Origin: Eledone cirrhosa | Lineage: Eukaryota | NCBI GenBank assembly: GCA_964016885.1 | Contig: OZ024748.1 | Location: forward strand, 44,454,001 to 44,518,000 | Reading direction: 5' to 3' | Length of the DNA: 64,000 nucleotides | In this document: piece after piece, positions 14,150 to 27,190 of the stretch | Numbering within the stretch: position 1 is the first letter of the stretch | How the letters are laid out: every line of letters begins with the position of its first letter | Notes under the pieces: model-generated | Told to the model about the DNA's origin: nothing | Databases searched by the model: none | What the model saw: only the letters and a program-made list of their open reading frames with translations | Program-made: the position numbers and the translations under genes

Positions 14150-14490
14150 ATGGTGGCTGCCAACTCGTTTTCGAGTACGGCCACTACTTCATATCCATGT
14201 AGGAGAACCCCTACCGATGCGCTGAACGAGTGTGACTTTTTAGTCCAGCCAGCGACTTGAAAACTCTGGCACAAATACTACACTTGTGACAATTATTGAC
14301 ACATAGTGCTGGGCCCATGGTACCATGTGATGACAAATGCAGAGAGATCTCCAGATATAAAGCAATGCCTGTGCCGTGAAGCTTTTATAGTGAGCAAAGG
14401 CACTGCACAACGCCAGTCCCACTCTCTTAACCAAGATGATATTTACCATCAGGGTTGCAGGTGTTATATCAGAGTTTTCCTTCTAGAATT
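14150..14490 (-). mobile_element. Non-autonomous RTE-derived short element (partial copy)
   Basis: Highly similar to 23725-24090 and 24771-25045. Contains a C2H2 remnant of the [17 protein letters not shown] type. Confidence 0.65.
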
Positions 14491-14535
14491 CTGCCTATAT
14501 ATATATATATATATGTATGTATATATATATGTATG

Positions 14536-14611
<76 letters not shown>

Positions 14612-14644
14612 CATATATATACCTATACATACATATACATATAT

Positions 14645-15065
14645 ATGATAAAAGCCGACCTTACCCAATTACACCTCTCAAAGACAATGACACACGACCG
14701 TGACTTCTGGCATCACGCAGTAATACAGGGTACCCGACCTCCCATGGGTACATGCTGAAGCATATAAACAATATGCCCCCATTCCCCCCACCGCAAGGTG
14801 GTCGTGGAGGTGCCACGGCAAAAAAGCACCCAGCCCACACTGTAAAGTGGACGTGTAGGCGCCACGAAAAAGCACCCAGCACTCACTGTAAATGAGGTTG
14901 GTGTTAGGAAGGGCATCCAGCTGTAGAAATCAAGCCAGATCAGTTCCTGTATGAGCAAGGCATGGTCAGCCGACCAGACACTGCCCACAACAGGACAACC
15001 CGTCTAACCCATGCTAGCGTGGAAGAACGGACGTAAAACGGTGATGATGATGATGATGATGATGA
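14645..15065 (+). mobile_element. RTE C-terminal remnant followed by a SINE-like 3' module
   Basis: [24 protein letters not shown], then the GGTGTTAGGAAGGGCATCC core and a GGACGTAAAACGGT(GAT)n tail. Confidence 0.65.
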
Positions 15066-15139
15066 CATATACATATATATATATACATACATATACATAT
15101 ATATATATACATACATATACATATATACATACATATACA

Positions 15140-18100
15140 TATCTCTTTTACTCTTTTACCTGTTTCAGCCATCCGGTTGATGCCATGCTGGGGCACCGCC
15201 CTTGTTGCTACACATTTTATCTCCAGCCTGTATAGGTTGGCCACTGGTGTAAGAGGGAGTTTGTTGCTGCTGCCCTTAGGTTTCCCTCGTGTCTTGCTGT
15301 GGGCTCATCCAGGATCCTGGATAACAAGGTGTCGAGATGTTTCTTTAAGACATCCACCTCCACGTCATGCAAGTTTCTCAGATGCCTCGGCAGCCTGTTG
15401 AAGAGTTGAGGGCCCTTGAATCCCAGGCTATTGCAATACCTGCTCCTTATTCTAGATGTGGAAGACGGGACCTTTGGCACCACACACTGACGTCCTGTTC
15501 GACGGTTGGTCCAGCTCCCAATGCCAAAGTTTGGTGCTAGTCCCTCCAGGATTTTCCACATGTAGATCACTGCGTATCTCTCCCGTCTTCGCTCCAAGGA
15601 GTAGAGGTTCAGTTCCTTCAGCCTCTCCCAGTAGCTTCTCTCCCTCATCTTAGCAATCCTCTTGGTGTAGCTTCGCTGGATTGCCTTAACTCCGTGGTTA
15701 GTTTGACACTATGGGGTGACCACAACTGGGAGCAGTAGTCCAGGCGGCTTAGGACAAAAGTCCTCCACAGTGTCAACATGGTGTCTCGATCTCTTGTCCG
15801 GAAAGTCCTCAAGATCCAGCCAGCGAGTCGTCTGCACATTGTCGCCACTTTCATGATGTGTGAAGAAAAAGATGCATCATCGCTCATATCTATGCCCAGG
15901 TCTCGTATCGATTTTGACACGGGGATATCGGTCCCTCCTGGTCCTGTGTAGCTGTGTTCCACTATATTTGTGTTTGCAGGTTTGTATTGTAGGGCTTGGA
16001 ATTTGCCAGCATTAAACTGCATGTTGTTTTCTTCCGCCCATCTGTATATGGCATCCAGATCCTGCTGTAAAAGGGCAGCGTCAGCCGGGTTTTTGATTGC
16101 CTGTCCTACCTTAGTGTCATCAGCATAGCTAGTGAGGGATGTTGTTGCATGCACCACAGAGGGCATGTCCGAGAGAGCCACCAAAAACAGTAGTGGTCCC
16201 AGGACTGTCCCCTGAGGCACCCCACTTGTTATCGGTGTTTACCTCGAGAGGGCCCCATTTGCTGCGACTGCCTGGCTTCTGTCCCTTAGGAAGCCATGCA
16301 GCCACTCACCTACTTTTCCAGTTATGCCGAGTCCGTGTAGTTTGTGACATATCATTCCGTGGTCGACCTTGTCAAAGGCCTTCGCAAAGTCAAGATATAT
16401 CACGTCCACATCTGAGCTGTCTACTAGTTGTCTCAGTACCCAGTCGTAGTGATGTAGCAGCTGTGTAAGGCAGCTTCTTCCTGGGCGGAAGCCATGTTGC
16501 GTGCTAGTCAGGCGGTCATTTTCTTCGAGGAAAGTGATTAGTTTCTTTCTGACGACTCGCTCCATGACCTTACTGATATGCGACGTCAGGGAGACTGGCC
16601 TATAGTTCTTGGCCTCCGCTCTACTACCTCCTTTATGGATAGGGCATATTGTGCCTTCTTTCAGCTCCCTGGGTAGTACACCGCTAGCCAAGGAGCTTCT
16701 GAAGAGCATCTTCAGTGGAGTTGCTAAGGCCCGCTAACATATTTTTAAGAGAACTGCTGGGAATCCATCAGGTCCAGCAGCCGAGTCTGTTCTAATTTCA
16801 TCAATGGCGTACACCACATCCTCCTCCGTTATGTCTATGTGGTTGATGGTCACCATTTCATCATGTAGTGTTGTGACATCAAAGAACTCTTCTGGCTTTG
16901 TTATTTGCATGTGCCTCAGTGGACATGTGAACACACTTTTGTACTGTTCATTCAGTATTTCACATATCTTTTGGGGATTCTCGGTTAATGAACCGTCTGT
17001 ATGGAAGAGTGGCCCAATCTTGCAGTGTACTAAGCCAGTTTCTTTTGCAAATTTAAAGAAGGCCTTAGTGTTTGTTTTAATGTTTTCTATGGCCCTGTTC
17101 TCTTTCTTTGCCCTCTCATTCTCATGTGAAAGTTTGAGTGCAATCTCGGTGTCAAGTAGTGCACGTTTCAAATAGGATTCCTTCTTGTTTTTGTTTTGTT
17201 GACTATTGAACTGGTTTGAGAGTTTAGTTCTACGTCTCATAAGGATTTTCTTATCTCTGGGAATAAGATTTTTGTGTCTGTTTGCCTCTTTCTCCGGGAC
17301 AAACTTTTTGCATATAGTGTGTATTGTTGTCATGAAGTGTTGAAATTGTGTGTTAGTGTCTTGTGTGGCGGTGTTTTCACTCCATGTTTGCTTCCGGATT
17401 TCGCTCTTAATCTTTTTTCCAGTTAGCCTTGTAGAAGTTAAGGCTGGATAGCGTCCCGGAGCTTCTTGGTGGTTTTGTTTGTTGGTTCTCTTGGACCACA
17501 TATCATTAGCTCTACTAAGTTATGATCCGAGAGAATTGTTGGTGTCACCTTTACATTGTGAATGAGCACTTCGTTGTTTGTAAAACAGAGGTCCAGGACA
17601 TTTTCGCCTCTTGTTGGGAGGAGTATTGCTTGCTCCATGAACAGCCTGTGTGTGAGGGCCAGCAGGGATTCCGTCTGTCTCTGTTCTATTGACGTCATTC
17701 CAGGGAGGAGGTGGCCCTCAGGCTATTTGACCTTTGGTAGGTTGAAGTCTCCCAGCAGTAGGATGTTGAGACCCTGGTCCAGTTTGTCAAGGACCTCTTC
17801 TATCCTACTTAGGCTATCCTCAAATTTACCCTCATGACTGGGGGCATCGGGCGGCCGATATGTGACACATATTACTGTCTGTAGTTGCTTCATATGTATT
17901 ATCAGTATGTCACAGACTGAGTTTGAATGTGTCAACAGTACAATTGGTGTGACATCTTCACGGATATACAGAGCAACCCCACCATGAGTTCTCTCCTTCC
18001 TGTCCGAACGAAATACAGTATATTTCGGTATATGTATTTCTGCATCTGCTATACTGCTTGTCAGGTGCGTTTCGGTTAGTGCCATGCATAGTGCTTGATT

Positions 18101-18230
18101 GCTTATGGCTAAGTCTCCCAGGTAGGAAATTTTGCTCATGTTAATGAGTTTCACCAGGCCCCTGACATTCAGCAGCAGCACTGGTGTGACTTTTGGGGTG
18201 CCAGTAATGGCTGTCGGTATGACACCTGGT
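15140..18230 (-). mobile_element. Near-complete ORF2 of a CR1-group LINE (APE endonuclease plus RT), multiply frameshifted
   Basis: [30 protein letters not shown]; PTRGENVLDL; AAGPDGFP; NYRPVSLTS..QHGFRPGRSC..YLDFAKAFDKVDH; PQGTVLGPLLF..YADDTK; YSLERRRERY. Confidence 0.93.
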
Positions 18231-19066
18231 ATATAAATATATATATACATATATATATATACACATACATATATATATACATACATATATATATACATAC
18301 ATATATATATACATACATATATATATACATACATATATATATACATACATATATATATACATACATATATATATACATACATATATATATACATACATAC
18401 ATATATATATACATACATATATATATACATACATATATACACATACATATATATATACATACATATATATATACATACATATATACATATATACATATAT
18501 ACATACATATATATATACATATATATATATACACATACATATATATATACATACATATATATATACATACATATATATATACATACATATATATATACAT
18601 ACATATATATATATACATACATATATATATACATATATATATATATACATACATATATATATACATATATATATACATACATATATATATACATATATAT
18701 ATACATACATATATATATACATACATATATATATACATATATATATATATACATACATATATATATACATATACATACATATATATATACATATATATAT
18801 ATATACATACATATATATATACATACATATATATATACATATATATATACATATATATATATACATATATATATGTAGATAAATCTACCAAGAGTTTACG
18901 GTAGAGTCCAATCCGTATGAAGAACTCAATGTATTCCGGATATCATGGAAAGAAGAGATGTAATGAAAAACCACTTTCGGTGAAAGATAAACGGTATACA
19001 GAGTACAAGATAAAATATTAAACAAATAATGAATAAACAATTTCTTATATTAAACAAAAAAAGTTC

Positions 19067-19215
19067 ATTATTTAACGATCGTTTCTAGGATATATATGTG
19101 TTAGAATTGGTATGCATATTCAACAGATCTATGTACAAAATTATACAAAATTATACAAATTATCAAGATTAAATATACATACCAAACACATATATACGCC
19201 GTCTTCAGAAATAAT
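19067..19215 (-). ncRNA. Type I hammerhead ribozyme with a helix II domain of about 115 nt
   Basis: Minus strand: AUUAUUU-CUGAAGA-cGG..UAUAUAUGUGUU UGGUAUG...CAUACCA..AACACAUAUAUA.CCua-GAAA-CGAUCG-UU^-AAAUAAU. Confidence 0.75.
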
Positions 19216-19263
19216 ATATAATAATATATAATAATATATATATACATATATATATATATATAC

Positions 19264-19364
<101 letters not shown>

Positions 19365-19365
19365 C

Positions 19366-19478
<113 letters not shown>

Positions 19479-19514
19479 CATATATATATATACATATATA
19501 TATACAAATATATA

Positions 19515-20110
19515 AACAAATGAGATCGTGTAGGTGTCACGACAAAAAAACACACAGTCCACGCTGTAAATGTGGCCGTGTAGGCAACACGGTAAAAACC
19601 TCCCAGCCCCACACTGTAAATGTGGTTAGTGTTAGGAAGGGCATCCAACTGTAGAAAACCCGCCAGACAGTCCACGCTGTATTGTGGCTGTGTAGGCAAC
19701 ACGGTAAAAACCTCCCAGCCCCACACTGTAAATGTGGTTAGTGTTAGGAAGGGCATCCAACTGTAGAAAACCCGCCAGACAGTCCACGCTGTATTGTGGC
19801 TGTGTAGGCAACACAGTAAAAACCTCCCAGCCCCACACTGTAAATGTGGTTGGTGTTAGGAAGGGCATCCAGCTGTAGAAATCCCGCCAGACAGTCCACG
19901 CTGTATTGTGGCTGTGTAGGCAACACAGTAAAAACCTCCCAGCCCCACACTGTAAATGTGGTTGGTGTTAGGAAGGGCATCCAACTGTAGAAAACCCGCC
20001 AGACAGTCCTATGCGAGCAAGACAACCACTCTTGCCTCAAGTGGGAAAAGCCCCGTCCAAACCCATGCAAGCGTGGAACACGGACGCTAAACCTGATGAT
20101 GATGATGATG
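19515..20110 (+). mobile_element. SINE-like element with four tandem copies of a 112-bp internal unit
   Basis: CAGTCC starts at 19555, 19668, 19780, 19892 and 20004. Ends in a (GAT)n tail. Confidence 0.85.
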
Positions 20111-20150
20111 ATATATATATACATATATATATATATACATATATATATAC

Positions 20151-20271
<121 letters not shown>

Positions 20272-20328
20272 CATACATATATATATACATATATATATAT
20301 ACATATATATATACATATATATATATAC

Positions 20329-20375
<47 letters not shown>

Positions 20376-20424
20376 CATACATATATATATATATATATAT
20401 ACATACATATATATACATATATAA

Positions 20425-21262
20425 CTTTGAATAACTTTGAAATGTTTTGGCCAGTATTGGCCCAAGCCATGTCTAACTTAATAGCACCACCTGGCGAAGT
20501 CTTTCAATTCAGGATTTGGGCACCATGGCCCATTCGAGAAGAGAATTACTGTTTGCGGAGACATATCCGGGTGTGGGTGGTTTGTCCGGGATTACTTGGA
20601 GGAATTTGTCCAAAGACTTCTTGAATTTTGTGTGGTCAGTTTCTGTTTTGACGTGTCCTGGTGTGATGTTGAAGAGAGCAGGGCCGATTGAGGTGAAATA
20701 ATTGTGCCGTATTGTTGTTATGAGTTGCGATTTAGATTTTTGAATGGGACGGATAGCACGGGGCCCAAGCCTTGGGTGTATCTTGAAGGCGATGCCAACA
20801 TCATTTGGGCAGTGATGATGGAACATTTTCCACATCATGCAGATAATATAACGCTCACGGCGACGTTGGAGTGAGTAAAGTTTCAGGTTTTCCAATCGAC
20901 CCCAGTAGTCAAGGTCTGACATGCCATCTATCTTTTTCGTGATTGCCCTTTGAGGAGCTTCAAGTTTCATGATACTTTGTTTCGTGTGGGGAGACCACAG
21001 TGGACAACAGTATTCAAGGTGTGGTCGGGTGAAAGTAGAGAAGAGAAGGATAATGGTGCGGGAATCTCTCGACTGGAAGGTTCTGAGGATCCAGGAACAC
21101 ATTCTGCGGGCCATGTCAACTTTGCTGCTTATATGCGTGGTCCAGCTTATGTTGCTGTCCACGGTTACTCCCAAGTCTCTGATGTTGTTAGATGCCACAA
21201 GAGTTTCCCCGGAGGGAAGGGAGTACGGGAGTTTCAGAGCCTCCTCTTTTCCAAAGTGGATA
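20425..21262 (-). mobile_element. CR1-group LINE 3' fragment (second family), open frame
   Basis: [52 protein letters not shown]. Confidence 0.9.
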
Positions 21263-21269
21263 CATATAT

Positions 21270-21308
<39 letters not shown>

Positions 21309-21347
21309 CATATATATATACATATATATATATACATATATATATAC

Positions 21348-21380
<33 letters not shown>

Positions 21381-21381
21381 C

Positions 21382-21424
<43 letters not shown>

Positions 21425-21487
21425 CATACATATATATACATACATATACATACATATATATATACATATATATACATATATATATAC

Positions 21488-21520
<33 letters not shown>

Positions 21521-21524
21521 CATA

Positions 21525-21558
<34 letters not shown>

Positions 21559-21578
21559 TCTATATATATATACATACA

Positions 21579-21620
<42 letters not shown>

Positions 21621-21653
21621 CATATATCTATATATATACATACATATATATAC

Positions 21654-21702
<49 letters not shown>

Positions 21703-21717
21703 CATACATATATATAC

Positions 21718-21766
<49 letters not shown>

Positions 21767-21781
21767 CATACATATATATAC

Positions 21782-21830
<49 letters not shown>

Positions 21831-21845
21831 CATACATATATATAC

Positions 21846-21880
<35 letters not shown>

Positions 21881-21895
21881 CATACATATATATAC

Positions 21896-21944
<49 letters not shown>

Positions 21945-21959
21945 CATACATATATATAC

Positions 21960-22048
<89 letters not shown>

Positions 22049-22059
22049 CATATATATAT

Positions 22060-22395
22060 GTGCGTGAACGACCCAGCATAAATGTGTTGAGAGAGAAACT
22101 GTGTCTGAGAGGGATAGAATGTAGTGTACGGGAGAGGAGACTGAGGTGGTATGGACATGTGATGCGCATGGAGGATGACCGATGGGTGAAGAAGTGCCAG
22201 TTGAAGGAAGACGTAGTAGAGGTAGACCACGAAAAACATGGGCGGAGGTGGTGAGAACAGACCTCAGATCATTGAAGCTCACGGTGGAGATGACGAGGGA
22301 CCGTGACGAGTGGAGAGATGCTGTGCTGAATAAGACCCGTCCCACCCTTGCAAGCAGGGAAAGGCGGACGTAAAATGATGATGATGATGATGATG
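22060..22395 (+). mobile_element. RTE LINE 3' end
   Basis: [32 protein letters not shown], with tail CCCACCCTTGCAAGCAGGGAAAGGCGGACGTAAAAT(GAT)n. Confidence 0.9.
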
Positions 22396-22403
22396 ATATA
22401 ATA

Positions 22404-22465
<62 letters not shown>

Positions 22466-22474
22466 CATACATAC

Positions 22475-22510
<36 letters not shown>

Positions 22511-22518
22511 ATATATAC

Positions 22519-22554
<36 letters not shown>

Positions 22555-22581
22555 ATACATATATACATACATATACATATA

Positions 22582-22612
<31 letters not shown>

Positions 22613-22661
22613 ATATATATACATACATACATACATACATACATATACATATATACATACA

Positions 22662-22695
<34 letters not shown>

Positions 22696-22746
22696 CATAC
22701 ATACATACATATATATATACATACATATATATATATATATACATAC

Positions 22747-22789
<43 letters not shown>

Positions 22790-22849
22790 CATACATACAT
22801 ACATATACATATATACATACATATATACATACATACATACATACATACA

Positions 22850-22885
<36 letters not shown>

Positions 22886-22914
22886 TACATACATATATAT
22901 ATATATATACATAC

Positions 22915-22955
<41 letters not shown>

Positions 22956-23724
22956 TATACATACATATATATACATATATACATACATATATATATATAC
23001 ATATATATATACATATATACATACATATATATATACATATATATATACATATATACATACATATATATATACATATATATATACATATATACATATATAT
23101 ATACATATATATATACATACATATATACATATATATATACATACATACATATACATATATATACATACATACATACACATATATATACATACATACATAT
23201 ACATACATACATATACATATATATACATACATACATATATATACATACATACATATATATACATACATACATACATACATATACAAACATACATATATAT
23301 ATATATACATACATACATATATATATACATATATATATACATATATATATACACATATATATATACATATATATATACATATATATATACATACATATAT
23401 ACATACATATTTATATACATATATATATACATACATATATACATACATACATACATACATTTAGCTTCATACCCATCATTATTGGTGCTACGGGTTATAT
23501 ACCAACCCGCTTGGACCAAAGTATGACTGAACTTGGATTTGCGGACAAAAAGCGCAGCTCCCTAATTCATAGTCTACAAAATTTGCAAAACATTCTTGCG
23601 ATTCAAGGGATGACAATTTCTTTTCTTTTACAACCTTGCCACCAGGGAGGTGGCCGGTCAAAAAAATATACTCGAAATGAATAGAAAGAGAAAACATATA
23701 TACATACATACATATATACATACA

Positions 23725-24285
23725 TGGTGGCTGCCAACTCGTTTTCGAGTACGGCCACTACTTTATATCCATGTAGGAGAACCCCTACCTGCGCTGAATG
23801 AGTGTGACTTTTTAGTCCAGCCAGCGACTTGAAAACTCTGGTACAAACACTACACTTGTGACAATTATTGACACATAGTGCTGGGCCCATGGTACCATGT
23901 GAGGACAAGTGCAGAGAGATCTCCACATATAAAGCAATGCCTGTGCCGTGAAGCTTTTATAGTGAGCAAAGCCAGTCCCACTTTCTTAACCAAGATGATA
24001 TTTACCAAAAAGAAGAACAAGTCAACATCATTGGATACCATCAGGGTTGCAGGTGTTATATCAGAGTTTTCCTTCTCCTAGAATTCTGCCTTGACAAAGG
24101 CTAAGGGGTCATCTCTCCCGGTGATTTTGGATGGCCATTGACTCTTAAGAGCTCCTTTGCCCTTTGACAGGTTTTGTTTTTAGTCCTGCAGGATGTCCAA
24201 AGTCACCCTCCTCACCAAGAAACCTTGGTGGGGTTGCCAGTTTAGTCACCAACGACCCGACCATGAGACAGGTTGTACTGGGATA
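23725..24285 (-). mobile_element. Bipartite non-autonomous RTE-derived element (longest copy)
   Basis: The structured 5' segment 24140-24285, also seen at 55470-55600, is joined to a 3' segment encoding [17 protein letters not shown]. Confidence 0.65.
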
Positions 24286-24291
24286 CATACA

Positions 24292-24325
<34 letters not shown>

Positions 24326-24387
24326 CATACATACATACATATATATACATACATACATATACATATATATTTCATTTTTCATTCATT

Positions 24388-24714
24388 TCATTTTATGTCC
24401 GCTTTTTCCCTGCTTGCAAGGGTGGGACGGGAACTGATTTTGGCTTGATTTCTACAGCTGGATGCCCTTCCTAACACCAACCTCATTTACAGTGAGTGCT
24501 GGGTGCTTTTTTGCCGTGGCACCTCCACAACCACTTTGCAGTGGAATGATAGGGACCCCAGTCCCTATCATCTCATTTCTACAGCTGAGTAAACTGGAGC
24601 AATGTGAAATAAAGTGTCTTGCTCAAGGAAACAACACATCAGCCGGTCTGAGAATTGAACTCACAACCTTTCGATTGCAAGGCCAATGCTCTAACCACTA
24701 AGCCATGTGCCTCC
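24388..24714 (-). mobile_element. Full-length tRNA-derived SINE with RTE-shared tail
   Basis: Head GGAGGCACATGGCTTAGTGGTTAGAGC..GAGTTCAATTCTC with A/B boxes, a central core, and a tail matching the RTE end at 22338-22378. Confidence 0.9.
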
Positions 24715-24770
24715 ATATATTTATAAATATATATATACATACATACATACATATATATATATATACACAC

Positions 24771-25078
24771 ATGGTGGCTGCCAACTCGTTTTCGAGTACG
24801 GCCACTACTTTATATCCATGTAGGAGAACCCCTACCGATGCGCTAAACAAGTGTGACTTTTTAGTCCAGCCAGCGACTTGAAAACTCTGGTACAAACACT
24901 ACACCTGTGACAATTATTGACACATAGTGTTGGGCCCATGGCACCATGTGACGACAAGTGCATCTCCAGATATAAAGCAATGCCTGTGCCGTGAAGCTTT
25001 TAGAGTGAGCAAAGGCACTGCACAACGCCAGTCCCACTCTCTGCCTTGACAAAGGCTAAGGGGTCATCTCTCCCGGAG
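24771..25078 (-). mobile_element. Third, internally deleted copy of the RTE-derived short element
   Basis: Aligns by eye to 23725-23985 joined to 24087-24122. Confidence 0.65.
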
Positions 25079-25129
25079 ATATACATATATACATTTATAT
25101 ATATATACATATATTTATATATATATACA

Positions 25130-27190
25130 TATTGTTATGCTTTGGGAGGGTCATGTTGCCAATAAGAAACACACGCACCAGTTGATTTTTTTTTTACTTC
25201 AATTTATTATAAATTTCCTGTTAGTTGGTTGGTTCCACAACCAGATGGTTGTTCATATATTGTCCAAGTTCTTTCGTCACATTCTGTGACCTCTTCAGTG
25301 ACTGGGGATTCTTTTCTTTGTTTTGTCCCTCTCCTTTCTTCTGTCCTATGCCATCTTGTTTTTGTGTGTGTTGTGTGCTTAGTTTGCGCATGTGTTACAT
25401 TCAGGTGTCTGTGTTTGTATTTGTTTATTTACATATTACTAGTTAGCTGTTTGTTCTATGTGTGTGTGTTTTCATTTTGTCCTTAATTATAAGTTGTGAT
25501 GTTGCTATTCCATTCATGTTTTCTATTTAATTTTGGTTGGAGTTCATTTATGTTTATTGCCTCTGTGATTTGTCTAAGCATTGTGTCTTTTCTGTGTGTA
25601 GATTCTATTTTTATCTCTATGTTCTCTAATTTGCCCTTATGTTCTATTTTAGCATGTTGGTGGAGTATTGAAGAGTCTTTTCTATCTTGGAGTTCTCGCC
25701 AGTGTTCAATAATAGTTCTCCTATGCTACGGGCTGTCTCACCTATGTACATTATATTCTTCTTTTTACATTGTCCTTCAGTACATTTTATCCTATATACT
25801 ATGTTTCTAGTTTTACAGTTAATATGGGAGCTTAGCTTACAGATTATGCATTTCCTATCTATACAGGGAGGTTTTTGAAAAGGGTATGTATTACTAATTA
25901 GTGTTTTTATGGAGGTACCTGGTCTTTCCACTATCTTAATATTTAGTTTAAGTTTATCTAGGGCCCTTCTAAATTTGTAAGCTAGTTCACCTCTAGGGGT
26001 TGAATAGATGAACATTACACGTTCCTCATCACCCTTACTAAATCCGCAATCAGTATGTTGATTTGGTGTGATCCAAAACAGTTGAGTTTCGGTGGATCAG
26101 GTATTTGGAAGTCATGGGTTTGGCATAATGGGAATGGAGGATTTGTTTTATGTTATTAATGTTTCTAACCGGAGCTCTGTGTCTAGTACAGGTAATCGAT
26201 GGTTGGGGTGTTTGCTTGGGTAGTCCATAGTAACTTTGATACTCTGGTGGATGGAGTTAACTATTTGCTGGATGCTTTCCATGGTGTTTTTCTCTAATTC
26301 CTGACTGTTCTCTAGTGGGGGTTTTTACTACAATGTTTATATCATCAACGTAGCGGGAGTACATAATCAGGGTTAAGAGATTGTTGTCTTAATTGTTTCT
26401 TAAGTTTATTGTCCCAACATACCATAAATAGGTTAGCTATGTCACCTGCAATGCTAACGCCAATGGCTGCTCCCTCCTCTTGGGCATATATTTTTCCATT
26501 AAATTTGAACATATGTTCCTTAAGGGTTAGTTTCATACCGGCCTCCACCGCATGTGCGATCATGTTCTTTAGTTCATCATGGTTTTCGGGGGTCCGTATG
26601 GCTCTGGTCCACCCATTCCATCTTTCTGTGTGGCTTTTCTTGGCCATTGAAGTAATGGTAGGTGATCTGCCACTTGCTGACCTTGTGAGGCAGAGGTTGC
26701 TAAGATCATATGTATCAAGGTATTCCTTATTATATGTAAGTTTAAGTAGGAGTCCCAGCTCACTGGTATCAATTCCACGGAATTCAACATTGCTCGCACT
26801 GATCATTTCCACGCATTTCTCCACGTCAATGGATGGGTATAGGGACACTACATCCATACTACCTATTATACAGTCTGTTAGGTCCCTAGACAGGTTATTT
26901 TCGCTGGTCCTCCGTGCTGTCACATATATTTTGGGGACATTTCAATGATGGGGCGCATGATCAGGGAGAGGAAGTAGGAAAGTCTGTAGTTGCTAGTAAT
27001 GTTAGCTCCATAGACTGGCCGTGTTGGTGGTCCTGTGGCTGGGTCACTGTTCATCTTATGGTCTTTTTGAAGCCCATACAATGCTGGCATGTCATTGTTC
27101 CAGGCCTGGAAGTTGTTGGCAGTCCGTTTGTTGGGCTGCATTATGTTTGTCCACATCATCATATGAGAGTTGAGGGTTTTCAAATTGGAA
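25130..27190 (-). mobile_element. Decayed Penelope-like element (RT plus Cys-rich GIY-YIG)
   Basis: PALYGLQKDHK..PPTRPV; IGSMDVVSLYPSID..FKFNGKIYAQEEGAAIG; PCIDRKCIICK..NCKTRNIVYRIKC..YIGETARS. The 3' end 25130-25520 recurs as the palindrome at 52177-52931. Confidence 0.88.

Noticed and set aside
23460-23690. Unique island between microsatellites, possibly a transposase fragment
   Set aside because: Stops occur in the plausible frames and there is no motif I can assign.
24640-24714. tRNA-like sequences (also 11459-11535 and 54465-54535)
   Set aside because: These are SINE heads with no proper acceptor stem, and they run directly into the SINE body.
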